Origin: Promethearchaeota archaeon
Lineage (GTDB): Archaea; Asgardarchaeota; Lokiarchaeia; Sigyniarchaeales; SOKP01
Length of the DNA: 64,000 nt
Reading direction: 5' to 3'
Assembly: GCA_048940925.1 (NCBI GenBank)
Contig: JBHLOC010000028.1
Span: 8,274 to 72,273 of the forward strand
Shown here: positions 51,499-62,891 of the stretch, piece by piece
Layout of the letters: every line of letters starts with the position of its first letter
Numbering within the stretch: the stretch's first letter is position 1
Notes under the pieces: model-generated
The model's database searches: none
The model's input: only the letters and a program-made list of their open reading frames with translations
What the model was told of the DNA's origin: nothing
Translations under genes and position numbers: made by a program

Positions 51499-54400
51499 TT
51501 GACATTAAAAATCAAGAAAAAACTATATTTGTTTATTTTCTTATTTATTTTTCCATTTATTATTCTTACTTTTTGGTTCATTAATATCTTTTATATAACT
51601 CCTAATGGACTACAATTTCAGAATTCTTTCATTATGTTTATAGGATTTGGTATCATTATTAGTACTTTTTTCCTATTTTTTGCATTAGACTTAAAAAATA
51701 AAGATACAGATAATTTAACAGTTAAGTTTATTTCGGAAAATGTTCTAAAAGTTCTTTTATTAATTTTTATGGTTATGTCATTCTTGATTTCCGCTATTGA
51801 TTTCCCAATCACAGTTATGGCGTGGCAAGAAATAGGTTTTTTAAATTATTTTCGAGCAATAATTTTTATAATCGGAAGTGCTTTTTTGCCCGGTTTGGCT
51901 TTATTTAACATATTATTTCCTGATAATACTCTTTCAAAACGTTTTAAAGTCAATTCTTTTTTAATAAAATTTACAATTTCTCCTCTTTTGTCATTTATCT
52001 TTATAGGTCTCTTTGTATTAATTCTAAATACAATTGGAATAGTTATTAGAGAAATATTTTCTCTATTTCTCTTAATTTCAATTATAATTCTAGTTGTGAT
52101 CGACCTTGCCATTCAAGGATTAAGAGATTTTGAAGCATTAAAAATTGAGTTTATTCATAAAAAAATCGCTTCGCATACTATTTCAAAAAATCTATTATTA
52201 ATAATAGCTCTTTCACTTGGAATATCACTAATTGCGCTTGGAATACATGATGCTGTCCATTATTTAATAACAGGTGATAGTTGGTCAGCATTGAGTCCTG
52301 TTGTTTCTATTGAAGATCCTAATGATAATCCTATATTCCAAGGTAAGATAGTTCGGTATCCTATCTTTTGGTGTTATGTGTCATACGGTTTAGCTATTTT
52401 AAGTGGAATCCCTGTAATTAATGTTAGTGCAATAATGGCACCTTTTTGCTTTTTGTTTGTATTTACCATATATTTATTGAATAAGGCTATTTTAAATAAG
52501 TTCAAGGAAAAATATGCTATTTTATCTACTATTATTATCTCAATGTTTTCAGGGTTGATGTTCATCTCTCCGTATATCTATAATCATGCTATAGTTTCAA
52601 GTGATATTGGTATAGTTAGTATTTTAATATTCTCAGGACAATTCTTTTTTTACTACAAGTCATTTGCATTATATTTGGCATTTATAACTATTGCACTATA
52701 TATAATAGCAAATAAGAAGATAGGAGGATTTATAACAGTTGAAATGGAAAAAAAAGAGAATATCAAACTACTATGTATTGCAGCCTTATTTCTAGTTATT
52801 TCTTATATGACTTATATGCTTCCATTAATACCAGTATTAATTTTTATAATTTTTTTTACTTTATTTTCAAAGAAAGAAAATCTAGGAAAATATTATTTCT
52901 TATACTTCTTATTCCTAACTCTGATTTTCTTTTTCATTTTTGATTTATTAACTAATTCATTTAACAGTTTCCTTTTTAGTGATAAATTTGATGATTTTAT
53001 AGTATGGATTCTATCGACAGAAAAAACAAATAAATTTATTATAAATTTTTTAGCTTATTATTTCTTTTTTGGTATGATAATTATCTATATTGTTGTTAAT
53101 CGTTTTTCTTACTTTATTAATAAACATAAATTTACACAAAAAACTAATCGAAATCCACAAGGTTATTTAAAAAATTTCATCTACAATTATAAAACTCAAA
53201 GAAATGCGATTCTTATTCTTTTTATTTTTTCTACTTTTCTGATTATTTTTGGATTCTTCAATTTATATTTTAAATTCTATATATTTAGATTCATATACAT
53301 TGATAAGCATTATTGGCTTTACCCAATTTCTATACTTTTAGATAACTTAATTATTTCTTTTGGCATTTTTGGTATACTTGGTATATATTTCTCTTATTTT
53401 TGCTTTAAAAAAGATAAACAATTATTTCTAATTTTAACTTCTTGGGTTATACTTTCACTACTATATGCATCAATAGCAATTTTATTAGAATTTTTTGAAG
53501 AAATCTTGTATTCCAACCCGCCACAAATCATTAGAGACGATATTATCAAATACATAACATTCTGGCTTACAAGAAATTGGTATTATGCTATAATCCCTCT
53601 TTCAATATTTTTATCTATAGGTATAATAGAAGGCATTAAGATTTTAAAGAGATTGAAATTTCCTACGAAGTTTGATAATGACATAAAAAAGAGTATAAAA
53701 TTTGCTTTCTTAACAATATTGATAATTTTTTCTTATACAAATGTCATAATCGCAGGTATTAATTGGGGAAGAATAAAAGGAGGAAACGTTGTTAGTGATA
53801 AAGAAGCCCAAATTATTGGTTATATACCCCTTTACGTTCCTGAAAACTCACTTATTTTAACAGAAGAAAAATATTCTTTATATCACGGAATAGAAACCAT
53901 GACAACCAATAATATTACAACTGTAGAAGAAATATTTGATCCTAATAAGCATTATAAATCATATATAGAAACAGTAGAAAATCTTAGCATAAGATATGCT
54001 GTTTTAGATGAAAAAGAACATCTTGGAATAGATCCAATGATATCATCATTTCTGAATAATTTTCTTCTTAAATATTTCTTTACCAGAACATTATATCAAT
54101 ACCAGACTATGGGAATATTTGAATATTCTCCAATAGAGATTAAACCTTTCTACCAAGCTTCCATAGATTTTATGATTTTTAAAGATGGAAGTGGACCTTC
54201 TGAATGGGGGGGTAAATGGAATGATCTATCTATCGGAAATTCTAAGGTTCAAGTTATACCAATCAAAGAAGATCATTTAAAAGTATTACAACTAACTTCT
54301 GATTTAGGATATGCTGCTTTTTGTAGAGAAGAAGACGATATGACATATGGCTCTATAGAATTTTGGTTGTATTCAACAAATACCTATCAAAATTTTACAT

Positions 54401-54792
54401 ACAAGATTACTCAAGATGGAAATAATATTTTGAAATTCTTAATTGATAATAATAAATGGCAGTATATTGATAATTCAGGTAAAGCCAAAGTAATCCCTGG
54501 ATTAGGCATATCTCCGAAAAATGATACTTGGCATCATATTAGAATCGATTTTGAAAGCTCAAATAGCGGATATGAAGGATTAGAACAATTTAAATGGCAG
54601 GTTATTATAGATGGAATGGCTAAATCAGATAAAATTGATTTCATTGATAAAATAGAAGGGGGATGGAGTTATCATTGTTTTCAAACTGAGAGATGTAATG
54701 ATTACTCAGTTTATTTAGATGCTATAGGTTTCAGTTGGGACGAGTATTATGAATTAGGCTATAATATGAATAAAATGATTTTTAAAGTATAA
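51499..54792 (+). CDS. Multi-pass GT-C-like membrane protein with C-terminal concanavalin/LamG-like domain
   Basis: FLPG, GDSW and YPIFW motifs; C-terminal GSIEFW...WHHIRIDFE...YLDAIGFSWD. Confidence 0.65.
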   Translation: MTLKIKKKLYLFIFLFIFPFIILTFWFINIFYITPNGLQFQNSFIMFIGFGIIISTFFLFFALDLKNKDTDNLTVKFISENVLKVLLLIFMVMSFLISAIDFPITVMAWQEIGFLNYFRAIIFIIGSAFLPGLALFNILFPDNTLSKRFKVNSFLIKFTISPLLSFIFIGLFVLILNTIGIVIREIFSLFLLISIIILVVIDLAIQGLRDFEALKIEFIHKKIASHTISKNLLLIIALSLGISLIALGIHDAVHYLITGDSWSALSPVVSIEDPNDNPIFQGKIVRYPIFWCYVSYGLAILSGIPVINVSAIMAPFCFLFVFTIYLLNKAILNKFKEKYAILSTIIISMFSGLMFISPYIYNHAIVSSDIGIVSILIFSGQFFFYYKSFALYLAFITIALYIIANKKIGGFITVEMEKKENIKLLCIAALFLVISYMTYMLPLIPVLIFIIFFTLFSKKENLGKYYFLYFLFLTLIFFFIFDLLTNSFNSFLFSDKFDDFIVWILSTEKTNKFIINFLAYYFFFGMIIIYIVVNRFSYFINKHKFTQKTNRNPQGYLKNFIYNYKTQRNAILILFIFSTFLIIFGFFNLYFKFYIFRFIYIDKHYWLYPISILLDNLIISFGIFGILGIYFSYFCFKKDKQLFLILTSWVILSLLYASIAILLEFFEEILYSNPPQIIRDDIIKYITFWLTRNWYYAIIPLSIFLSIGIIEGIKILKRLKFPTKFDNDIKKSIKFAFLTILIIFSYTNVIIAGINWGRIKGGNVVSDKEAQIIGYIPLYVPENSLILTEEKYSLYHGIETMTTNNITTVEEIFDPNKHYKSYIETVENLSIRYAVLDEKEHLGIDPMISSFLNNFLLKYFFTRTLYQYQTMGIFEYSPIEIKPFYQASIDFMIFKDGSGPSEWGGKWNDLSIGNSKVQVIPIKEDHLKVLQLTSDLGYAAFCREEDDMTYGSIEFWLYSTNTYQNFTYKITQDGNNILKFLIDNNKWQYIDNSGKAKVIPGLGISPKNDTWHHIRIDFESSNSGYEGLEQFKWQVIIDGMAKSDKIDFIDKIEGGWSYHCFQTERCNDYSVYLDAIGFSWDEYYELGYNMNKMIFKV

Positions 54793-54833
54793 TATTTGAT
54801 TATAACTAAAAGTTGATTAGATTAAGCTAAACT

Positions 54834-55691
54834 ATGAAAACAAAATACATTTTTATTGGATTTATAGTATTCAATTTAATGCCTTATCTGAATTCGACTT
54901 ATTTCTTAAATAGTAATTTACAAATATCCAATTATTCTTTAGGTTTTAAGGAAGGTGAAGTAAAAACTTATATAATCTCTTCTTTTAATGAAGATTTAGC
55001 CCAAGAATACTTAGGAAATCCATTTATCTATACTTTTTTAGGTCAGAGAGCTTATCCTGGAGCTTATCGCTATATATTAATTAATAGTATTGAATATGTA
55101 GAAAATTTAATATCCTCAAATAATAGCCAGTTATGTAATGGATGGGTCATTAATATATCATCATGGGATTGGCTAACTAAAGACGACTGGGAACTTAGAA
55201 TGGGGGATCCTGATGATATTTATAACAATCTTATAATTTATGAAAATCCTCAAGATCTTGGTGAAAATTTCTATAACATCGAGGAAATGTCGGATGAACA
55301 AAAATATTTATATGATTATTTAAATTTTCCATATGCCATTCCTACACCAGTAAACGTTTATTTAAGTAGAATTGAATGGGCTCCAAATTGGTCTATAGAA
55401 GGTACAAAAATTTCGATAAAATACAAAGAAGTACAAGAAAAATATGTTGAAAAAATTCATTATTTCAATAAAAATGGATTCCTCAAGAAAACACTTCTTC
55501 TAACTGATAATGGAAAAATAATTTTTGAATATTGTTTAGAACCTGAAAGTAAACCTATAATTATTTTGAGTTTATTTATTTGCATAGCAATTAGTGCTTC
55601 AATTGGTTTAATTTATCTCTTTATAAAAAAGGTAAAAATAGAAATCCCAAAGTATAAAAAAGATCAAAATGTTCATGTAAATCAAATTTAA
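54834..55691 (+). CDS. Hypothetical exported protein with C-terminal TM anchor
   Basis: N-terminal hydrophobic leader, beta-rich body, C-terminal TM helix followed by KK. Confidence 0.65.
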   Translation: MKTKYIFIGFIVFNLMPYLNSTYFLNSNLQISNYSLGFKEGEVKTYIISSFNEDLAQEYLGNPFIYTFLGQRAYPGAYRYILINSIEYVENLISSNNSQLCNGWVINISSWDWLTKDDWELRMGDPDDIYNNLIIYENPQDLGENFYNIEEMSDEQKYLYDYLNFPYAIPTPVNVYLSRIEWAPNWSIEGTKISIKYKEVQEKYVEKIHYFNKNGFLKKTLLLTDNGKIIFEYCLEPESKPIIILSLFICIAISASIGLIYLFIKKVKIEIPKYKKDQNVHVNQI

Positions 55692-58600
55692 GAACTAATA
55701 TTCGCCGAATAAATACTCAAACTCCCATATTTATAATGCAATACTTGAAAATAATTATTGATTAAATCTTGAGTGCTGATATATTTATTTTCCATTAATC
55801 TTAATCTCCAATTTAAATCTGAAGTATGGATATACCATTTTATATTATGTTCTAAAAGATAATCAGTCATAAAAGTAATATTAAATAAATATTTTCCAAT
55901 CTGAAAATTTGGATCCCATGAAAAATTTAATATATCTAAATATACTTGCCATTTAAAATCACTAAAAGCACTTCCAAAACTTATTGAATCCATTTGTGAA
56001 CTATTTTGTAACATTTTTAAATTGCGATATTCTGTATTATTAATTACAACACGCCATTCATACTGATCCAAACCTTTATATCTACCTTTAGTGCATTCAA
56101 AATCTATTAATATATGATACCAAACATTCTCTTCATAACTCTGAAGCGGAACGTATGAATTTCCATCATAATAACTAAAATTTCCATTCCACAGATCTAA
56201 TCCATCAATACTTCGATCTGAAATACTAGTCCAGAATCTATTTGAATTATTAGTAGAATAAATTAAATACTCAATTGTCCCATTCTTTTGAGGAGAATTA
56301 AAATTAAAGTTAACATTTACTTCACCATTTTTGTTTTGATCTTCAAACTCTAATACATTTTCAAATCCTCCAAAATTTTCCAATAATTTTAAGCTACAAT
56401 ATGGATCGTTAGCATAAGTTATAAACCACCACTCTTTAGAATCACCAAAATATTCTTTAGAAGCCTCTATTGCTGAATCCAACGGATCATAAATGTGTAA
56501 ATATTGACTTCTACTAAGATGATTACCTAGCTCTTTATATACTAAAACATTACTACCTGCTGGAAAATTTCTTGAAACCCAGCCTGTAATTTGAGCCTCA
56601 TCATCATTAATTTTATATTTTTCTTGCCAAACCATTCCGTTTAATATCAGAGATGTTAAGGAGAAAAATATAAATAATGAAATCAAAATATTTTTTATAA
56701 ACTTATTTAGATAATTGCGTTTTATTAAAAATTTTATACTTTTAAGCTTTTTCCTTAATTCCATCAAACCTATTGTTGATAAAATAGAAATTGCAGGGAT
56801 AGCATAAAACCAAAGCCTTGAGAACCAATAATTCATATCAAGAGTTGTTTTGGTAGAAATCCTATAAAAAGTGGGGATTAAAGGAAAATCTTTAAGAAAT
56901 GCGACAAAAATCTTGAATGAAGCTAAAATGAATATAATAAATATCCAAAAAGATAAGAAGATAAATAAATTCCTATCATATTTATAAGAGTAGTATGATA
57001 GGAATAATCCTAATATCCCTATAGTTCCAATACAAGAAATCAAATAAGTACTCATATAATAATTTAGAAAATTATTTTTACTTTTTGGAAATAGAATATT
57101 GCCCATCATTATATCGATATGAAGAACTAAAAAAATGATAAAAACACATAAAAAAAAGATGAAAATCATCGTACTCACTTTAAATTTACTTTTTAACCTA
57201 ATTTTATTAATTATTAATTTCCTCCCTTTAAATGTAACAAATAGATGCTGTAAAATAAAAACAAAACTATAAAATAATAATAATATAAGATACATAATAA
57301 TCGGATATGGAATGATTTCCATTATTCCACCTATAAAATTTAAAGGAATAAATGTTATGATTCTATTAAGAAATATAAAGCTTAGATAAAAGTTCAAAAG
57401 TAAATCGAAAAGCAACCAAAAAAGGATTGTAAAAAGAATGAAATGGGAAAGACTCTTTAAAGAAGTAGATTTATTTGTTGTTTTAATAATAAGGCAGTAA
57501 ACAAATAAAATTATAAAACCTATAAACAATGTAAAAAAGTAAATCATATAGCTAGAAATTAAAAATAAAGCTGCTATAACTAAAGTAAAATAGTTTTCAT
57601 AAGTTTTTTTGTTACTAATTCTTGAGTTCGCATCCTTGTTAATTGATAATAAAAACAATGCTACTGCACTAAATAATAAAAAAAGAGAAATGCTTTTATA
57701 ACGAAAATTGATTAATCCGTCAAAAATTAGATTTGAGATACTTCCTCTTTTTTCAAAACTAAAAGAATAAATTAATCCTGTAAATGTAATTGTGAAAAAA
57801 GTTGCAATAAATGAATATATGTCTTTATATCGATATAAAATAGATTTTATTAAGAGATAAGTGGTTGTAAAAAATAAGTATAAAAAAGGTGTTAAAAGTA
57901 CATTTAGATTAACAAACGGTATACCACTTAAAACGCTTAAACCATACGTAATATAAGCCCAAAATACCGGATAATTTGATGAATAAACCCATGAATGTCC
58001 TAAATTTTGCCACCACACACCAATAAAATTAGCATGTGCTATACCAACCCAACTATCACCTAGAATTAAATATTTTGTGGATATAGCAATACTAAGTGAG
58101 AATAATATAACCCCAACAATTATTAATAAAAAAGGTAAACTTTGTTTTGAAAGGTTTATTTCTTTAATCAGATATCCTGTTTTTTGTTTTCTACGTAATT
58201 GAATTATCAAATCAATAAAAAAAAGTGTAAGAATCAATAGAAATAAAAGATTTAATATACTATTCCTAACTAATCCAATCTGATCAAAAATTAGAACCGC
58301 AATACCTAAAATAATAAAAGAAAATAAAGGATAAAAAGTGATTTTTATGATAAATAAATCAACTTTAAATTTTTTATGTAGAGTGTTATTTGGGAATAAT
58401 AGATTCCATAAACATGCTCCAGGTAAAAAAGCGCATCCAATAATAAAAATAAATGCTCTTATAATGTTTATCAGATCAATATTATGCCAATCAATAATAA
58501 AATAATAGAATTTTACAGGTGTTATGGATAGAAAACTAAAAATCATTAAATACATCATTATAAATTTAAAAAAGTTTTCTGAAACAAAATTAAATTTAAA

Positions 58601-58828
58601 GACCTCTTTACCAATACATTTATTTACCGATATTAGAAATCCGCTAATAATCATGGTAAATCCAATAAATAAAATAACGAATTTTGAAACTGAATAATTT
58701 TCTTTTATAACATAATTGTTTACTATAAAATAAAAATAAAAAACAATAAATAGACTCAAAAAGACAATTATTAAAAGATTTTGAGTTACTTTCTTTTTAA
58801 ATTTAAAGGAATCTTTTATCTTGGTCAT
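55688..58828 (-). CDS. Multi-pass GT-C-like membrane protein with LamG-like domain (paralog of 51499)
   Basis: Shares FLPG, GDSW, YPVFW, W..R.W.YAIP, EAQI.G, GTIEY...WYHILIDFE and YLD...FSWD with the 51499 protein. Confidence 0.65.
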   Translation of the reverse strand: MTKIKDSFKFKKKVTQNLLIIVFLSLFIVFYFYFIVNNYVIKENYSVSKFVILFIGFTMIISGFLISVNKCIGKEVFKFNFVSENFFKFIMMYLMIFSFLSITPVKFYYFIIDWHNIDLINIIRAFIFIIGCAFLPGACLWNLLFPNNTLHKKFKVDLFIIKITFYPLFSFIILGIAVLIFDQIGLVRNSILNLLFLLILTLFFIDLIIQLRRKQKTGYLIKEINLSKQSLPFLLIIVGVILFSLSIAISTKYLILGDSWVGIAHANFIGVWWQNLGHSWVYSSNYPVFWAYITYGLSVLSGIPFVNLNVLLTPFLYLFFTTTYLLIKSILYRYKDIYSFIATFFTITFTGLIYSFSFEKRGSISNLIFDGLINFRYKSISLFLLFSAVALFLLSINKDANSRISNKKTYENYFTLVIAALFLISSYMIYFFTLFIGFIILFVYCLIIKTTNKSTSLKSLSHFILFTILFWLLFDLLLNFYLSFIFLNRIITFIPLNFIGGIMEIIPYPIIMYLILLLFYSFVFILQHLFVTFKGRKLIINKIRLKSKFKVSTMIFIFFLCVFIIFLVLHIDIMMGNILFPKSKNNFLNYYMSTYLISCIGTIGILGLFLSYYSYKYDRNLFIFLSFWIFIIFILASFKIFVAFLKDFPLIPTFYRISTKTTLDMNYWFSRLWFYAIPAISILSTIGLMELRKKLKSIKFLIKRNYLNKFIKNILISLFIFFSLTSLILNGMVWQEKYKINDDEAQITGWVSRNFPAGSNVLVYKELGNHLSRSQYLHIYDPLDSAIEASKEYFGDSKEWWFITYANDPYCSLKLLENFGGFENVLEFEDQNKNGEVNVNFNFNSPQKNGTIEYLIYSTNNSNRFWTSISDRSIDGLDLWNGNFSYYDGNSYVPLQSYEENVWYHILIDFECTKGRYKGLDQYEWRVVINNTEYRNLKMLQNSSQMDSISFGSAFSDFKWQVYLDILNFSWDPNFQIGKYLFNITFMTDYLLEHNIKWYIHTSDLNWRLRLMENKYISTQDLINNYFQVLHYKYGSLSIYSANISS

Positions 58829-59283
58829 TAAAGATATCTAACTTTTATTTTAATGATAATAAAAGGGATAAAAGGTTTTTAAGTTTTATAATTATTTAAA
58901 TTGAATTGAGGTATTTATAATTATCACAAGAATTGTTTAAAATTGAAAATTCTTTTATTTGTATCCTTTTAAACTTTGAGTCTTTTGATATAAAGACCCA
59001 GTTTTTTTAATTTTTGCTTAATCATAAATTGCATATTTAATGAGAATATAATTTCTTCGACGTTGATATTTTTTCTAATTAAAATCTTTAAATACTATAA
59101 AGGACAAAAAAGATGTTAATTAATTAGATTTATATCTATGTTTATAATTTTATTATTAAAAAAACTATAAAAAATTAATAATAATAGATAAAAAAAGAAG
59201 AATTTGCAAATAAAATCAAATATACAAACATATCACCTGTAAAGACATAAAAATTATTCCATTTCGTAAAATTAGGGAGAATA

Positions 59284-60153
59284 ATGATTAAAAGGAAATT
59301 TAACGAACTTAAAATTGAATCAGAAAAAGTTGATTTATTTCAAAATCAAATTTTGAAATATTATGATAACAAATCCAAAGATGAGATAAATTTAATTTCC
59401 ATTGTTATTCCCCTGTTTAATGAAGAAAAATCTATTAAAAATGTAATAGATAAGATACCAAATCATCGTTCATATGAAATTATAGTAGTCGATGATGGTT
59501 CTACTGATAATAGTGCTAAAATAATTAAAAAGATTAATTCTAGAGAAATAAAACTAATTCGACATAATAGAAATTTAGGTTATGGAGCAGCAATATTAAG
59601 TGGTTTTAAACATGCTAGGGGAAATATTATAGTCACAATGGATTCTGATGGACAACATAATCCTGAAGAAATTCCGAAGTTAATTGAACCAGTTATAAAT
59701 AATCAAGCAGATTTAGTGATCGGTTCAAGATACTTGGGTAAATGTAATTATAAAATTCCACTTTATACACGCGTAGGAGAATATTTTATTAGTTTATCTT
59801 TATGGTTATTATTCCTACAAAAAATTTATAATAACCAATGTGGATTTCGAGCTTTTAATAAAGGCGTTTTGAAAATATTTAAAAATATGAGATATACACA
59901 GTTTGGTTTCTCCACTGAAATATTATTCAAAGCAGCTTTTAATAAGTTCCGAATAGTTGAAATCCCAATATCTATAAATCCTCGAAAATTTGGTAGATCT
60001 TATGTAAATCTTTTTAATATTTTAAAGTCTATTTTCTCATGTATTTTATTCTATACTTTTAGAAAGCTCAAAGTAGACGTAAATCATTCCTTTATCAAGA
60101 AATTTTTTGATTATTTCTATAGAAAAATTAGAAATAAAAATATTCTCCGATAG
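59284..60153 (+). CDS. Glycosyltransferase family 2 (DPM1-like)
   Basis: IPLFNEE, VDDGSTD, NLGYG, DSDGQH and GSRY motifs. Confidence 0.92.
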   Translation: MIKRKFNELKIESEKVDLFQNQILKYYDNKSKDEINLISIVIPLFNEEKSIKNVIDKIPNHRSYEIIVVDDGSTDNSAKIIKKINSREIKLIRHNRNLGYGAAILSGFKHARGNIIVTMDSDGQHNPEEIPKLIEPVINNQADLVIGSRYLGKCNYKIPLYTRVGEYFISLSLWLLFLQKIYNNQCGFRAFNKGVLKIFKNMRYTQFGFSTEILFKAAFNKFRIVEIPISINPRKFGRSYVNLFNILKSIFSCILFYTFRKLKVDVNHSFIKKFFDYFYRKIRNKNILR

Positions 60154-60352
60154 AATAACTCAATTTTAAACTTTTCTAAATAAACACCTATTTTATTCTC
60201 ATTTTTTTAAGAAATTAGTTTAATTAATCTCTATAAATCGTAATCTCGCTTTAAAATTATTCAAAGATAGGAAAAAAAGAATTTTAGCAAACATAATTAG
60301 TCTTTTACAGCTGATTAAAAAAAAAACACTTAAACTTAGGTTCCTGTAAAAT

Positions 60353-62542
60353 TTATCCGTATGCTAATCTTCTTAAGCTCATATAAACTCCTAAAAATAA
60401 TAATAAGAACACTATTATTAACAGATATTTTTCCTTAATATTTATAAACTTTTTAAAATAAGTATTTTGAATTATAATCAGATTGAAGAATGTAAGATAG
60501 GAAAAGAATCTAACGTTTAATATGTAAAATGCAAAAAGAATATTTCCTGTGAAATATAATAATAGCATCAATGAAGTTGATGACAATATTGATAAAAGGA
60601 AATAATTTTTTTTATTGTCATTTGGTTTATAGTAAAGAGTTCCATTAATGAATAAAAATATGTGGAAAATTAGAATTGAATAACCTAAAATCAGCTCCAA
60701 AAATAAAATAAAGCCTTGTCCTTCTAAAAAAGGATAAAAAAAATTTAAAAAGATAATTATTATAAAAAATATTGGAAATAGAAGTACTTGAAAAAATTTC
60801 TTAGTTAATAGACGATCCTTAATAATTTTATAGCTTCTATTCATATAATATAAAACTACTTTATATTTCTCAATAAAAAAAGTATGAAACTTAAAAATTA
60901 TAAGATAAAAAATAACGCCCAAAATTAATATACCAATTATAATTGTAAATACAAGAAAAAGACTAAATGACAACCTCCCTTTTAATATAGGCAAAAACCT
61001 TACTTTGGTATCTCTATATAAGATGCCTAATACATTAAAGAAATTATTATTTCTGGATAAACTATTCAAAAAATATGGAATATATCCAAAAAACTCTTGA
61101 GATAAGTAGAAAACTAATGTTAAAATAAATATTAAAAATATAATGACAAAAAAGATTTTTTTCAGATTATTTTTAGTATAATGAAGATTGTTATTTGTCA
61201 TTCTATAATAATTAGTTAAAAGAAAATAGAATGAATAGAGAGTAATTATTATTAAAAAATAAACACATTCTTCCAAATGAGTTAAACATAGGAAGCTAAA
61301 CAAAAAAATTATGAATAACAAGTTCTTCTTATTAATATTATTCTCTGTATTATTCATTAATTCAAAAAATTCAATGACTAAAATAAAAAATACTAAAAGT
61401 CCTATGGTGCCAGTTTTAGCACTATGTCCGCTTTTTATAATTAATGGAGTTAAAATAACAATTATTGTTAACATAATCAAATTAAAATTATTATATTCAC
61501 TTTTGTTTGAATATCTTTGAAAAAACGAATATAATAGAAAAGGAACAGAAAGATATATTAGTGGATATATGTACCATAGGACAAAATTTAAGTTAGTATT
61601 GGTTCCCATTAGTAATAATATTGTAGTAAATATACTCGTTGAATATCTAAAGGTAGTTATTCCCTCTATCCAAATAAGAAAAGGTCGCTCCGAATCGGCC
61701 CAAATCCCGTATTTTAAACAATTCCTAACCACAGTTGACAGTAAATGGGAATCAGCATCAAAATAATAACCGATTTGAAAATAAGGTAAAATCCATAAAC
61801 AATATAGAAATAATGAAATAGAACTAATCTTTAAATATATATTTTTCATGAAAAAAATTATATAAATCAAGGATATTATTGAATTAAATATGAATATGTA
61901 AAACAATACTGAAGCATGACGAAAAAAAGTAAAATTTGATTGATATATTTGATAATTAATATAAAAATTATAATAGAAATCATTGCGTATAATATATCTA
62001 TAATATGTGAAAAAACACAAAGAAAATAAAGAAGTCAAGAATATAATAATAAAAATCAATCCTAGGAAATCTATACCTTTTTTCTTATCTTTTTCTCCCC
62101 TTTTTTCTTTATAATGTTTAAAATTTGGATTATTAGTTTTCTGAGATTTTAAAGAATTAAAAAGTAATATTAAAATAACTATTAAATTGAAGAATTGAAT
62201 TATAATAATAATCGATTCAGAAAAAAAAAATCCAGGATTACTTGGTGTAGTGAAAATATCATAAAAAAGTATGTAATAAAGGAACATAATGATATTATCT
62301 ATAGCTAAACTTATAATTGTCATATAGCCTAATTTTTTAATTAAATTGAACTCAGGTTTTATCAAATATACTAGATTATATCCTGGTAGGAAAAGGATGC
62401 AAATGACACCAAGAATAATATTAATTGGAAATACTGCTATTGAAAATAAAATTATACATAAATAACATAAGATTAACCCTAATTCTATGATAATAAAATT
62501 TTTATTATATAAATTTTCATGAATTTTTTGTGTTCTTATCAT
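60353..62542 (-). CDS. Multi-pass membrane protein (GT-C-like)
   Basis: LFLPGY N-terminal motif, DADSH loop, LTH motif, many TM helices; no soluble C-terminal domain. Confidence 0.55.
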   Translation of the reverse strand: MIRTQKIHENLYNKNFIIIELGLILCYLCIILFSIAVFPINIILGVICILFLPGYNLVYLIKPEFNLIKKLGYMTIISLAIDNIIMFLYYILFYDIFTTPSNPGFFFSESIIIIIQFFNLIVILILLFNSLKSQKTNNPNFKHYKEKRGEKDKKKGIDFLGLIFIIIFLTSLFSLCFFTYYRYIIRNDFYYNFYINYQIYQSNFTFFRHASVLFYIFIFNSIISLIYIIFFMKNIYLKISSISLFLYCLWILPYFQIGYYFDADSHLLSTVVRNCLKYGIWADSERPFLIWIEGITTFRYSTSIFTTILLLMGTNTNLNFVLWYIYPLIYLSVPFLLYSFFQRYSNKSEYNNFNLIMLTIIVILTPLIIKSGHSAKTGTIGLLVFFILVIEFFELMNNTENNINKKNLLFIIFLFSFLCLTHLEECVYFLIIITLYSFYFLLTNYYRMTNNNLHYTKNNLKKIFFVIIFLIFILTLVFYLSQEFFGYIPYFLNSLSRNNNFFNVLGILYRDTKVRFLPILKGRLSFSLFLVFTIIIGILILGVIFYLIIFKFHTFFIEKYKVVLYYMNRSYKIIKDRLLTKKFFQVLLFPIFFIIIIFLNFFYPFLEGQGFILFLELILGYSILIFHIFLFINGTLYYKPNDNKKNYFLLSILSSTSLMLLLYFTGNILFAFYILNVRFFSYLTFFNLIIIQNTYFKKFINIKEKYLLIIVFLLLFLGVYMSLRRLAYG

Positions 62543-62891
62543 AAAAATTATTTAAATCTGTAATTATCCATATTAAATAATCAAACTTATTTGAATTTAT
62601 ACAAATTACATTTTTAATTGTCTGGCTAATAATAGAGAATTAAAATAATTAAATATAAAGAAAATCAGTGTTCTGGTCCAATAGTATTAGTAAATTTCAA
62701 GAACACCACAAGAGATATTATAAAATTTTATTTGAAAAAAATATTCACTTTAAACTTCTCTTTTAATGAAATAATAAAACTGAGTAGAAATGCGTTATTA
62801 AGAAAAACTAAAATAATTTAATATATTTATTAGAAATTAAGTCTTTATAAAGATTTAAAATTAAATATAGTTCTCTAATACTTTTATCAAA

